Of a DNA stretch of 64,000 bases, positions 50,193-64,000 are shown piece by piece. Below the pieces are notes generated by a model, which was not told where the DNA came from, did not search any database, and saw only the letters and a list, made by a program, of their open reading frames with translations. Origin of the DNA: the human T2T-CHM13v2.0 reference genome, Homo sapiens. Location of the stretch: assembly GCF_009914755.1 (NCBI RefSeq), contig NC_060929.1; one strand, given 5' to 3'. Position numbers and translations under genes: made by a program. The stretch's first letter is position 1; each line of letters starts with the position of its first letter.

Positions 50193-52039
50193 TAGGCTCT
50201 GGGCTTCCCTTGCGTTAAACTCCAAGGGGCCCAGGAATGACTTTTCCTAAATAAAATAGTCATCCTCCTCAGCCTTTGTCAGGTGAAATATGTGGAATTG
50301 GAAGTCCCTTGGAAAGCACCGTGCTTCTTTTACTTGTACAGGTCAAATCCCTAGGCAGGTCCCCCTCCTCCACCAACCAGAGAAAACCCCCCAAGGGATG
50401 CTGATCTCCCACCCTCCCCACCCCCACTCCAGAGAAGCAGGGTCTGGGTGTGGACGTAGGGACTTGGGGCAGGCCTCCCTACAGAGGCAGGCAGGGTCTC
50501 CAGGCAGAAGTGGGATCTGAGTTAAGACCCCAGGGCAGCAGTGGAGAAGAGAAAAGAAGATTCAAGGTCAAGGATGGCAGGGCCTGGAGAAAATCCCAGA
50601 AGAGGAGGATGTAGCTATCTGGGTTTTGCTGCAGAGAATAGAGTGGATCAGAACACAAGATTAGACAGGCGTGTGTAGAGGGTGCGAAGTTGGAAGGTCT
50701 GGTTCTTAAACACAGAAGGAGCTCACCATGTGGACAGGGTACGGGAGAACAAAGGACAAAAGACAGGGGAAGTGCATGGTCTGGAAAGATATGCTTCAAG
50801 AGACAGACTATGCGTGGCTCCACACTGACTCAGCTGTTTGCTGTCCTGGAAAAATGAAAAAACAAAACAAACAAACAAACAAAAAAAAACAAACTCCACA
50901 GCCAGGTTTAAAAAGCCGTATCAAACTGAAATCCTTTGAAAGCAGGGGACTTCAGGAGCCAGCCATGTGGGGACTTGACAACTCCTGGGAAGGCCCAGGG
51001 AACAGTTTGGCACACAGGTCTTCTCTAAAGACATTCAAAAAAATTTTTAAATGTTTTAAAACACTGATCCATGCTAATAAACACAGGGAGGGTGCATGTG
51101 AGTGACAACCCCCCAGGACAAGTTTAAAGGCACATTTAGCACATGCTAAAGATGGAAGTGATGGAGGTGCTGGCTTCACAGGAAATAATCTTCTCTGAAA
51201 CTACTGAGCTGCAGAGAGGCCAGCTGCAATGTGATTTTGCTCCAGGAGAGCCCTGAGCGCTGTATTAAACAGGTGAATCCATTCTGATACGCAATCTCTG
51301 ATTTAAGAATTAATTGCTTGGGAGAATCTATTAGTGTGTGCCCTCATTTATATTCAAACCACAACTACCACCACCTAGTCTTCTAATCCCTCCACCCCAA
51401 GCCTACCATTAGCAGTCATCAACAGACAGGTATGAAGCCCCCCTCCAGGCTGGATGCTGGGGTGTGGTTCTAATTCCTCCCATTTCTCAGAAGGTGCTGC
51501 TGCAGTAATGAGGAATCAGGATGAGTGGAATGAAGAGGCTGAGATCAGTGTGGATCCCAGATCTGGGGCTTACCCTCTATGTGAGGGGCACAAATTGCTC
51601 CACTTCTTTGAATTTGGTTTTCTCACCTGTATGATGTTGAAGAAGTAATACCCACAGTAACAGAATCCTGATTTTCAGCTGCATGGAAAACAAGATGGCA
51701 TTTTTCCAGCCTTTCTTCCATTGGAGCTAGTTATGCCCATGAGACTTGGTGGTTGTGAACTCAGCTGGGAGGGGTCCCATTTGTCTCCCATTCTCCCCAT
51801 ATATCTGTTTCCTCCCACTCCCAACCCGGGATAACAGGCTATTCCTCCAGTACTCATCTAAGATTATGATGGAACTTTGAGAGTGGCTATATGCAAGTGC
51901 TTAATGATACCGTGGGACCATCACACCAGCTTTGCAATACCCAATCCCATATGTATTTTGTGTGAGAAGGGACTATCCTTCTATCTTTTTAAGGCCTTTT
52001 TTGCTCTTCTTTTATAAGCAGCTGCACATGATACTAACC

Positions 52040-52585
52040 GATAGGCTGAATGAGCATGGTTTCTGCCCCCAACATCCATTCATTCTTACTGTTGCCACCT
52101 CCCAACTTCCCTCTGTGAGGCCACCTCCTATTCCACGTTCAACCCATGTTTCTGGCAGAGTTGACTGACTTTGGGCAGAGCAATCAAAGGCCATATCCCC
52201 GGTAACAGGGATTGATTCTGGGGCGGGCATGTGCCCTACAATTTCCAATCAGAACAGATCGCAGGATTTTGCAGGGGCTGCCGGCTTAGGGAGCCTTGTC
52301 TATTTCTGCTGCATGTAAGCCTAGACACATGAGCCCTGGGAGCTCAGGTTAGTCATTTATGACCATGATGGGAAAGTCTGCAGAGAAGGAAGCCACAGTG
52401 AAGAGAACAAGGCAAATAAATGGAGAGAAAAAGTCATCCTGGTCACGTGATTTTAGCCCTGGCTCAAACCTTGCCTGAAGCCAGTGGTCTATTCAGTTTT
52501 GTGAGCTGATAAATTATCATTATTTCAGTGTGCACAGGAAGGGTTTTTCTGTCATTTGCATCCAAAAGAGCTCTCGCTGAGTACA
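52040..52585 (+). mobile_element. LTR16-family (ERVL) LTR
   Basis: CCCCAACATCCATTC...GGGATTGATTCTGGGGCGGGCATGTG...CCTTGCCTGAAGCCAG...TTTTCTGTCATTTGCATCCAAAAGAG. Confidence 0.6.
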
Positions 52586-52628
52586 CATTAGTCCAAAACA
52601 AAGTAGTGTTATAGTAGGCTTTCAACAG

Positions 52629-52630
<2 letters not shown>

Positions 52631-52662
<32 letters not shown>
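52631..52662. repeat. (AC)16 microsatellite
   Basis: Pure AC run. Confidence 0.95.
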
Positions 52663-52664
<2 letters not shown>

Positions 52665-52968
52665 TGGTTCAACTGAAAAACCACTGGGGAAAAATAGAGT
52701 AGTTTGGCTTCCTTCAGGGAAGCAATGCACCTCCCCTGATGGGTTGGACAAGGGTTGTGTCTCCTACCGTTTCAGTGTAAGCACACATCAGCCTACCAGG
52801 AAGCAAGGACTTTTAAGATGGTGAGGAGACTGTTCAGCACAGAGACAACAAAGAGACCCTGCCGGAGGAAGGAGTGGGAAGAGAGGGCCGGGAGGACAAC
52901 TGCCAAACTTCACAAAGATCTACACGTTTGTGTCCCAGAGGAGATCTCCTCTTCTACAGACAACATCA

Positions 52969-53245
52969 CAGTTTTCCCCAAAGCTTGGCTTGTATAATAC
53001 CTTGCTAATTAACAGGATGATTTTTAGTGGTACATAACATTTTCAAAAAATATTTTAATAGCTATTTTAGTAGTTTTGGGTTATGTAATTTTAGAAAATA
53101 TTTCTTTCTACTTAAAGAATATAGCCTCTCCTTATAAAATATATTGATTGAAAGAAAATATTAAGTAATAAATAGCATAATTAAGCAATTATGCTATTTT
53201 TATGAGATTGGGATACTTGTGTGCTGGAGTTTGGGAAAATCACGT
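52969..53245. mobile_element. Possible hAT-Charlie MITE
   Basis: CAGTTTTCCCCAAA...TTTGGGAAAATCAC inverted-end-like motifs flank an AT-rich core. Confidence 0.4.
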
Positions 53246-54544
53246 TACCTTTTTTAACCTTGATGGCAACTTTGCTCTATAGAGAATATCAGGCCTATTT
53301 CACGGAGGAGGAAAATGAAGTCCAGTGGGGGGAATGGCAGAGCTTACTATGCTGGACTTCAAAGCCCTTCATCTTTTCGTTAGGCCTTGGTCCTGGAACC
53401 CAGCACTTCTGGCTAATACCCTTGAAGGCCTGGCCATTCAGAGCACCACCCCTGGGAACCAGTGTCTGATCCCATCAGACCCCAGGGCAGTGGAATGAAT
53501 GTTCCTCCAACCTGTGGCAGAACGTGGGCCTGTGCAGAAGTGATAACTTGAACTGCTGCAGAAAAGAATGAAAAAGCCTGACCTTCCTAGAGAACTGCAC
53601 AATTCTTTGTTTGAACAGTTTCTAGGGAAGCCTAATTAATCCCGTTGTTGATGCTAATGCATTGCTTTTTTAAGACTCAGAGTTGATGCTGCACGCAAAT
53701 TTCTCTTTGATTTAAGACTCTGGAAAGAGGACAGAAGTTTTATCAGACGTGCCTGGATTTTGCTCTAGATTCCACACACTGAGAAAATGAAGGCCCATTT
53801 AGCTGTGACAGGGTGGCCAGCCCTCCTAAAAAAAAAAAAAAAACAAAAAAAACTTCTTATTTTGGTCACTTTCCAAAGATCCTTCTTTAGTTGAGATTTC
53901 ATTGATAATTTTCACTCTGTTGACTTGCTTTACAAGGATATGGAGAAAGAGCCAGGCCACCACGTACACTGTGTACACATGACAACAAAATAATTGTAAT
54001 AATAATAGTAACCACAAAGATAACAATAGCTGTCGTTTATTTCTTACTACATGCAAACATTTAAAATTTGGAAACACAGTTCAAATAAAAGAAACATTTT
54101 CTGAATGTTGATTGTGTTCTGGATACACATAAATGAGTTAGATATAGTGCTTAGGGGAGATTAGGTCAGTTAGGAAGGTGGATACATATCACTCTGATAA
54201 AATCAAGGAGGGCTTACCTAAAGAAATGACCCCAAGGGGCCATTTGGGAAGGGTATTGAGGGATGACTAGGAGTGCATAGGAGTGTGCTACATGAAGGGC
54301 GAGGATAAGGAGCATTCCCAATCTGGGGGAAGCTTATGCAAAGTATCATAAGGGTGGGAGTGTAAGGACATATGGCTAGTAAGGAACATAGCAGGGATTT
54401 AAATTCATGTTTGATTGACTCAGAAGTCCAATGATGAGAGTATTCTCTTCTATTGAGGAGACACAACTGACACCATTTGAGGATGAACAACTGAAAGTGA
54501 TTAAGGTTCCACTTGAGGCAACTGGATGGATGGTCTGTCACAAA

Positions 54545-54965
54545 CTGTACATGGTTACTGTAATATCCATTCTCTATATTTTTGTTGGTACTAGAACCTC
54601 CAGTGTTTCATTGGGTACCAGAAATAGGGGCTGTTTCCTAGCATCCCGGGAAATAGCAGTGACATGTGGTTAAGTTCTGGACAATGGGATACAGGAAGAA
54701 GCATCATGTGTCAGCTTCTGGAAAATGTCGTTAAAATAGAACTGGGCCATGTCATTTGTTCCCCTTCCCCTCCTTCCTCATACTGCTGTTTAGAATGCAG
54801 ATGAGATGGCTGGAACTCTGCCTTGGACCAGGAGCATGAGCCCAAATCCCAGGGGATGGTGCAGGAAAAAGCTGCAGACAGTCTGTGTCTAAGACCAAGG
54901 CACAGCCACACTAACTCTGGATGGCTTATTTTGAACTCACTGTATGTGAGAGAAATACCAAGTTC
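54545..54965 (+). mobile_element. LTR33-like (ERVL) LTR
   Basis: TAAGTTCTGGACAATGGGATA...GCTTCTGGAAA...GAATGCAGATGAGATGGCTGGA...CTTGGACCAGGAG...ATGTGAGAGAAATA. Confidence 0.55.
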
Positions 54966-54984
54966 TATGCCAAATCCATCTCAG

Positions 54985-56080
<1,096 letters not shown>

Positions 56081-56311
56081 TTGTTTAAGACATTATTTTT
56101 GAAGTTTTAAAAGATATAATGGTATATTTTAAATATATACAAATTAATAGAGAGAACAGTATGTCAAATGCCTATATATCCATCATCCAATTTCAACACT
56201 TGTAACTGTGAACAAGCTTTTGCCATGTACACAGCCTCCCATCTGCACCCTAGATGATTTTGAAGTAAATCCCAGACATTCTATCCTTTCATCTCTTTTT
56301 TATATACATAC

Positions 56312-56887
<576 letters not shown>

Positions 56888-58429
56888 TAGTTGGTGTTGA
56901 TACTTCCCAATTGTCTTATACATGTTTTTCTTAAATTAATCTCTTTGAATCAGTTAACATGTCTCTTAAAACTTAAAAAAGTCTATAGACCCCTTCTCTA
57001 CTGTCTTGTCATTTGTTGTTGTTGAAGGAACTGAGTCATGTGTCTTCTACGTTTCCCACAGTCTGGATTTTGCTAATTATTGGCACTTAACAAGCTCCTA
57101 TGTCTTCTGTGTTTCCTGTTAAGTTGGTGGTTGGCTCGAGAAGCTGCTCGGATCCAGGTTTGAAACTTTGCCAGCCCCACCGCATAAGTGGTGCTGTGCA
57201 CAGGAAGCAGCTCGGATCCGATTATTTTTCTTTTCCTGATGTTAGTGGCCTTTGATCAGGAATGCCAAAATCCATTATTTCATTAGGGGTTGCAAAATGC
57301 TGATCATACAATTATACCTTCCCTCTTTGCCAGGAGGTAAAGAGGAACTTCCCCTCACCAACTAGTTGGTTACTCTGAGAGATGCAGTATATGTAGAAAT
57401 TTTCAGGATTTTTACTTGTGTCCAAACTACCTCTAATTACTCTAGATGGTGATGCCAGGACAGATCTTATAAGAGAAGCAAGTTGGGGACAGGAGAGGGA
57501 AATGTGTCAGTTTGGGATTGTGTTGCATAAGTTGAGGGAGCTCTGCTTCATAAGCCTCGGTACATCTGTGTGGAGCTCAGCGAGGCCAGGCCAGGGAGGC
57601 AACATATCTGTGTCTTCAGCCTCTGGTTGGTAGAAGAAGTCAGGGATGTGGAAGGCCCTTCTGCAGTGACAAAAGCATTTCCTGGCCCTTGCAAGTGGTT
57701 GGGTGGGTGGATGGATGGATATAAGGATATTGCTGTCATACATGACTGTTTATTATCAAGCGATTGCTCAGGAAGAGAAAACGTATGAAAAAGTAATATC
57801 ACACTCAAACTGTAATCCTTGTTATGACAACTTAGCAGAATAATAGCGATAACCTTTTGGTTTATATTTTTCTATTCAGAAACTCAACATCCTATATTTT
57901 ATTTTATTTTTTACTTGGAGCAAAAAACTTGCATTACATCCCTTTAATGGGGCTGTTTAGATTCCCAAGGCCACGAAGGCTGGCTTGGCCTGCAAAATGG
58001 CTCGTCCTCTTGACGGCAGCCACTTCTCTCTTTGGGGCCACTGATCCCTATGATAGAGGGTAGACACTGCCATTAGCCTCCCCAGGCTCACTATTAAATG
58101 GTAACAGCTGACTAGCTTTGGGGAACACCTGGGAGATTTTCAGACTACCCAATCTGGAAGGAGGCAGAAAGAGATTTAGGCTCAACTGGTGAGCAAGAGG
58201 TGAAGTTATTCCAGCCACCTCCCTGGCAAATGCCAGCTTGGCCCACCCTGGTGACCTACAGGAGTGGCTTCTCAGTGCCTGCTCCTGGTGGTGTGCCCTG
58301 ACTCACCTGCTCAGGGGCAGTCACAGTGGGAACTGCCGTTGGTCCCTACGACGTGCCAGCCACTGGGCCAGGCCCCCCACACACACCAGCAATTCATGTA
58401 GCCTGGTGCATAAAGTTCTGACCTTTGGC

Positions 58430-58630
58430 TATGACAAACCAGGTGCAAATTCTCTCTGCTCCTGTTACACACTTGGGCTGGACACTTAATCTCTCAGAGC
58501 CTTGGTTTTCGCTTTGTAAAATTAGGGAAAGAATTCCTACCTCCTAATGTCTTTGAGATGATCAAATAAGAAAATTCAAGTTAAGTCCCTAACATGCATT
58601 CAATAAATTGAGTAGTAATTTTGGTTATTG
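58430..58630 (+). mobile_element. MIR
   Basis: CACTTAATCTCTCAGAGCCTTGGTTTTCGCTTTGTAAAATTAGGG...CATTCAATAAA. Confidence 0.75.
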
Positions 58631-58779
58631 TTGCCAATTCCAAATTGTGCTTTTCAAAATGGAGTACTCAGGCACCCCCAGGGGGACTCTGGTGGTGTGT
58701 TTCAGAAGATGGGTGGTATTTGAGAAAATGTACATATTTGCATGATAAAGCTGTTTCTAGAACTTGGGTTTTTATGTAA

Positions 58780-59109
<330 letters not shown>

Positions 59110-59879
59110 GAGGGAAATTTTTAACAATTAAAACAAACTATGAACTAGAATACACATCTCAAGTTAATTTTTTAACAGCAACTCCAGTTCAAGGGTATTT
59201 CATGTATGCAATAGGCTGCTTTAACCTGCACCCCAGCCTTCTGGAACCGCACGTGCATTCTTCTCTGCCTACTGTCCCAGAAAAGCTTGAAAAATGGTCC
59301 TACCACAACCTGATGCTGCAGATGCCGCCATCACCCCCATTCTACAGGTGAGAGAAGAGTCTCAGAAATTTCATGAGTTGGGAGTCGAGATTTGAAAACA
59401 GATTGTTTTCACTGTGAAGTCCACGCTCTTTTCCCTGCCCCGTGTTGTATCAGAGCTCAGAAAGAGAATAATTTAACATTAGGAAACATACCCCACAGGG
59501 CCCCAGCTGCCTCTGGGCTGGGTCACTTGGCTTGTATCACAGCAGGAGCAGCCCTGGCAATATAATGCACTGTTTCCACATTCATAAGGCCCGGCCACTG
59601 TCATGGTGACAGTGACTCAGCATCCAGCCCTGCTGTGGCCTCCGCCTGTCTCTGTCTCACCCACGGTGGTGCATCCAGCAGTGGAGAGTTAGGGCCCAGT
59701 GAAGAAGGAAGGTGGGCAGTTGAATTGATTCACTCTCCCAACACTGATAGAATCTTCTGAGGCACAGGGGTCTCAAAGAGCCTTTCCGAATGTTTCAAGT
59801 GACAGCAACCGGCTCCATCAGGAATTTGATAAGAAGCCAGAGTGGCTGGACCATGCGTTACAAGGGGCATGAGGTAAAC

Positions 59880-60490
59880 GATGACAGTAGGCCTTGCCCC
59901 GTCCTGGGCCACGTCAAGGACTGCGCGCTTCGTCATAAGATGTGAAGACGTTAAGGGGACCGAAGTGGACACGGTCAGATTCGTCTTGGAAAATGTTGAT
60001 TTCCGTTTACTTTAGTAGGGAGGAGTTTGGAGTAGAGAAGGGAGAGTAGAAGCAAAGAAACCAGTTGCCTGTTCAAGTAGTTCTTGTAGTATGGTGATAT
60101 CAGAGGAAATGGAAATATGAGAACGCTTTACAGAGCTGTTGAGAAGGGAGAATGGAGGCGACGTGGTGATGGCCCAGATCCTCGAGGAAAGAGAGAGGCA
60201 TCATCAAGGATGGTCTCTGGGTTCTATTGTGTGCAGCTTAAGAGAGAAAGCTGCCTTTTGCTGAGGTAGTCACGTTGGCCCATGCAGTGGATGGTGGGGA
60301 GGGGAACATAGCTTTGGGTTTGAGCATGCTGAGTTTGAGATGCGTTCCCAACGTGGCTGTGGTTTGAACAAGTGTCTATTCAGGTCTGGATTCTGGAAAA
60401 GGGGTCTGCGCTGGAGACATGGCCTGTGAGTCATGGCTGTGAAGGTGGTAATGAAGCCAGGGGGTGGGAGGGGCGGATGAGATCACTGCT
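59880..60490 (-). mobile_element. L2 fragment
   Basis: GGCATCATCAAGGATGGTCTCTGGGTT...TTTGGGTTTGAGCATGCTGAGTTTGAGATGC...GTCTGCGCTGGAGAC...GGATGAGATCA. Confidence 0.65.
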
Positions 60491-61601
60491 TGACATTTCA
60501 GGGTGCACTCAGTACATGGAGAAGCTCTATTAAGCTTTGCGAAATATTTAAAAATAGTTCTGTTCCACCACCTCCCCTGCCCCCATCACTTCAAGAACTT
60601 AAAAGATTTTGGAGGGCCAGGTCAGAAACCAATAACCTGTTTGGTTTCTCTACTTCCTTTGGCTGTGGAATCTTTTATTCACATGAATAAGCTCAATAAA
60701 TAATAAAGCCTATAAAGTATAAATAGTACAGGTCTGGTCAAAGCAGCGTTGTGAAGGGCAGGATCCCAGCCCACTCAGACTTCTCCCACCTATAGGTTTC
60801 TCCAGGGACTCCCAGCGTTGCAGGGAAAACAGCCTGAAAGCTGTTAGCTTATATGATTTCCTATTTGCTTTCGTTTCTAAAGATTTCTGAGCGTCTCTGA
60901 TGGTATTATGGGGGTGTGCTGAACAGTGAACATCATCGACGTTTTCATGATGGCTCACAAGAAACCCCAGGATTTCATAAGAACTCTGGGTCATCTTCCC
61001 AAACATCAGTTATCCCTGAACTTCAGACCCTTCGAAGACTTTGAGCTGACAGAACTCCAAACAGACCAGCTTTTACAGAGGATGCAATTTAGAAACCCAG
61101 CTTTTGTCAGTCGAGAGTCTCCTTGACAATGAAGGCTTGTCGATTTCCCAAGTGGCACTCTCGTTAAGGAAACACAATTTAACTGACGGCAGAACTAAGG
61201 GCATGTGTTGGATACTGCGTAGTGGCATTTATTCTGCAATGACAAAGAAGTGGAGGATGCCAGGAAAAGCTTGTGGGTCTGGGAAGGGGAGGGGAAGGGT
61301 GGCATTTGGGGAGTTTGCTGGTGCTAAATTGCTCCATCTGTTGCATTAATAACCAATCCATCCAGGGGGCTGGGAAAATGGGTAATTGAAACATACGGTA
61401 CCTATTAGGACCTATCTGCACATATGTAACTGCTCATTTCATCTGTACAAATGACTGCTTACTTAAGCAAATGGCAGGTCTGAGTGCTCATGTTGGGAAA
61501 TTTTGCTAGGAAGTCATTTCCTTAGGAAAGGCTATATTCACATCCTCAAAGTGCTGAAAAGTCTAGGAAACACGATGCCATGGATGCATAAAAAGAGGGC
61601 T

Positions 61602-61920
61602 GGCCAGGATCGGTAGCTCACACCTGTAATCCTAGCACTTTGGGAGGCCAAGGCAGGTGGATAACTTGAGGCCAGGAGTTCGAGACTAGCCTGGCCAACA
61701 TGGTGAAACCCTATCTCTACTAAAAATACAAAAATTAGCTGGGCATGGTGGTGCCCACCTATAATCCCAGCTACTTGGGAAGTTGAGGCACGAGAATTGT
61801 TTGAACCTGGGAGGCGGGAGGCAGAGGTTGCAGTGAGCTGAGATTGCACCACTGCACTCCAGCCTGGGTGATAGAGGAAGACTCTGTCTCAAAAAAAAAA
61901 AAAAGAAAGGAAAAAAAGAA
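61602..61920 (+). mobile_element. AluSz-like with a 7-bp GGGAGGC duplication
   Basis: GGATAACTTGAGGCCAGGAGTTCG; GGGAGGCGGGAGGCAGAGG; A-rich tail. Confidence 0.9.
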
Positions 61921-62653
61921 AGAGAGCAGCAAGCAAGGTGGGAAGACCAAAGTCGTACTGGAAGGATGTGAGGTTTGGAGGCTATGCTTTTCCAAATGTG
62001 GCTGGTAAGCATGGCTTGCATTGGCCACAGAGTGGGGCAGACTAACAAAATGCTCAAAACAAAGCCCACTAGTGGACTAGTGGTCCAAATTTGGGGAGAG
62101 ATTGGGCCAGACAGCTCAGTGTGATTTGTGGTAGAGAAACAGCATTAGAACCTAGATATAATCTAAAGCTCCCTGATGCTTAGGCCCCAATACTAGTCTC
62201 ATGAAAACCAAATGTCTCTTATTGATTTGGGAGAAATTGATGGGGAATTATTTGTTATGTTTCTGTCTTCATTTTCTTACTCCCTTGTATGCTATTTATT
62301 CTATTACCTCTATGACCCTATAGAAACCAAAATCAGCTGTGTCACTGATTTCTACAAGTGGTCCACTTTTATTAGCATTTTTGTGTTTTTTCTGAGCTGT
62401 ACTAGAATGGGGGGATGTGGGGAGATATGAGAAGTTTCCAGAGAAAGTGGTGACACCACGCAGGTTCCTAGCTTTCTGCCGTCTCCTGAATCCCTTCTCT
62501 CTCTTTTGTCCTCTTATTTCAACATTCCACCTTTTCCTAGGCAACAAATAATATCCTCTCCTCTGTTCTAGCGAAGCTTAATGCTTCACAATCACTACTG
62601 TGACTTTAAATACTTATCAAACTATTTTTCTCACTAACTCAGCTATCACTTTT

Positions 62654-62953
62654 TTTCTTTTTCTTTTTTTTTTTTTGAGAGAGAGTCTTGGTATCTCCAG
62701 GCTGGAGGGCAGTGGCAGGATCTCATCTCACTTCAACCTCTGCTTCCCAGGTTCAAGCGATTCCCCTGCCTCAGCCTCCTGAGTAGCTGGGACTACAGGC
62801 ATGTGCCACCACACCCAGCTAATTTTTTGTAGTTTAGTAGAGATGGGGTTTCACCATGTTGGCCAGGATGGTCTCGATCTCCTGACCTGATGATCCACCC
62901 GCCTCAGCCTCCCAAAATGTTGGGATTACAGGTGTGAGCCACCGTGCCCAGCC
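62654..62953 (-). mobile_element. AluSc-type
   Basis: GTTGGCCAGGATGGTCTCGATCTCCTGACC. Perfect TSD TCAGCTATCACTTTT at 62639-62653 and 62954-62968. Confidence 0.92.
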
Positions 62954-63768
62954 TCAGCTATCACTTTTAAAGAGATTTTTGGTGAATTCATCTTTCTCCA
63001 ACTTGTTACATAAATACAGGCCCTGATCTGAAATCTAATGTAAGCTTTTCTCTGTGATGTTGACAGTTCCTGTTTTGTGTTGCCAGAAGGAAAAGTGGGT
63101 TTGCCTGGGCAGTATCAGGTCCTTCCACAGAAAGCGGCTTACAGTACTTCGGGCTCCAACTTGAATTCTCTTAAACAAGGAAATGTACGAGCTCAACATC
63201 GTAAGAACTCTGAGAATGAGGAGGCTCTGGGTTGGCTGATTCAGCAGCTCAGTTAACTCACTAAGGACTCATATTTTCCCATCTTCACGCTGACATCTTT
63301 AGTAAGTAAATGGTGTTCTTACATTGGCTCCCTATGTGCTCACTAAAAAAATAAATAAATAAATTAAAAAAAAAAGGTGCAGCACTTCCCACTATGATTG
63401 AACCCACGATGATTGGTCTAGAATAATGAGAGCCCAATCTTGCAAGCTCATAGGGATGAGGTAGCCAAGTCCTTAGGGAGGGGAGTAGGTCTCCGAAGAA
63501 TATGTGGGTTCTGTTAAGAAGGAGAGGCAGGAGGAATTAAACCTCGGGTAGATAACCCGTGTTACCTGTTTCAAGAGAGGGGAAGTGAATGGAAAACAGA
63601 GAAAAGTTTCCATAAGGCCGTGGGCAACACTGTTCTATTGTTCTGGAGGCTGCAATAGGGTCTTGCATAAATACACATGAGCTTCTTTCTCTCTAGAGCA
63701 TGATTGCTGGAGTTTGAGCAAAGCTTTATTCTCATCTTATTTGCAAGATAAGCCCAACAGCACCGTAA

Positions 63769-64000
<232 letters not shown>

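Noticed and set aside
60683-60707. AATAAA cluster as a transcript 3' end
   Set aside because: Hexamers are common in A-rich DNA and no upstream exon structure supports a transcript.

Overview
This is primate, almost certainly human, non-coding genomic DNA (intergenic or deep intronic). A full-length AluYb8 with its diagnostic 7-bp insertion and perfect target-site duplication (TSD) points to Homo sapiens. I find no supportable protein-coding gene, RNA gene or CRISPR array. The ORF track is explained by Alu antisense frames, decayed L1 ORF2 fragments, microsatellites and chance. The window is a dense mosaic of about 12 Alus, truncated L1s, many MIR and L2 relics, MaLR/ERVL/ERV1 solo LTRs and DNA-transposon MITEs, often nested with recognisable TSDs. 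I do not see a new biological system. The most notable items are: young Alus (Yb8, Yd lineage); a ~930-bp TSD-flanked mosaic insert inside an L1MC that looks like an orphan retrotransduction; a stacked L1/L1/Alu insertion with a ~135-bp unexplained segment; a G-rich 21-bp minisatellite; and small CpG-retaining patches that may mark regulatory elements. Repeat subfamily names come from recalled consensus sequences, not a database search, and most boundaries are approximate (tens of bp).
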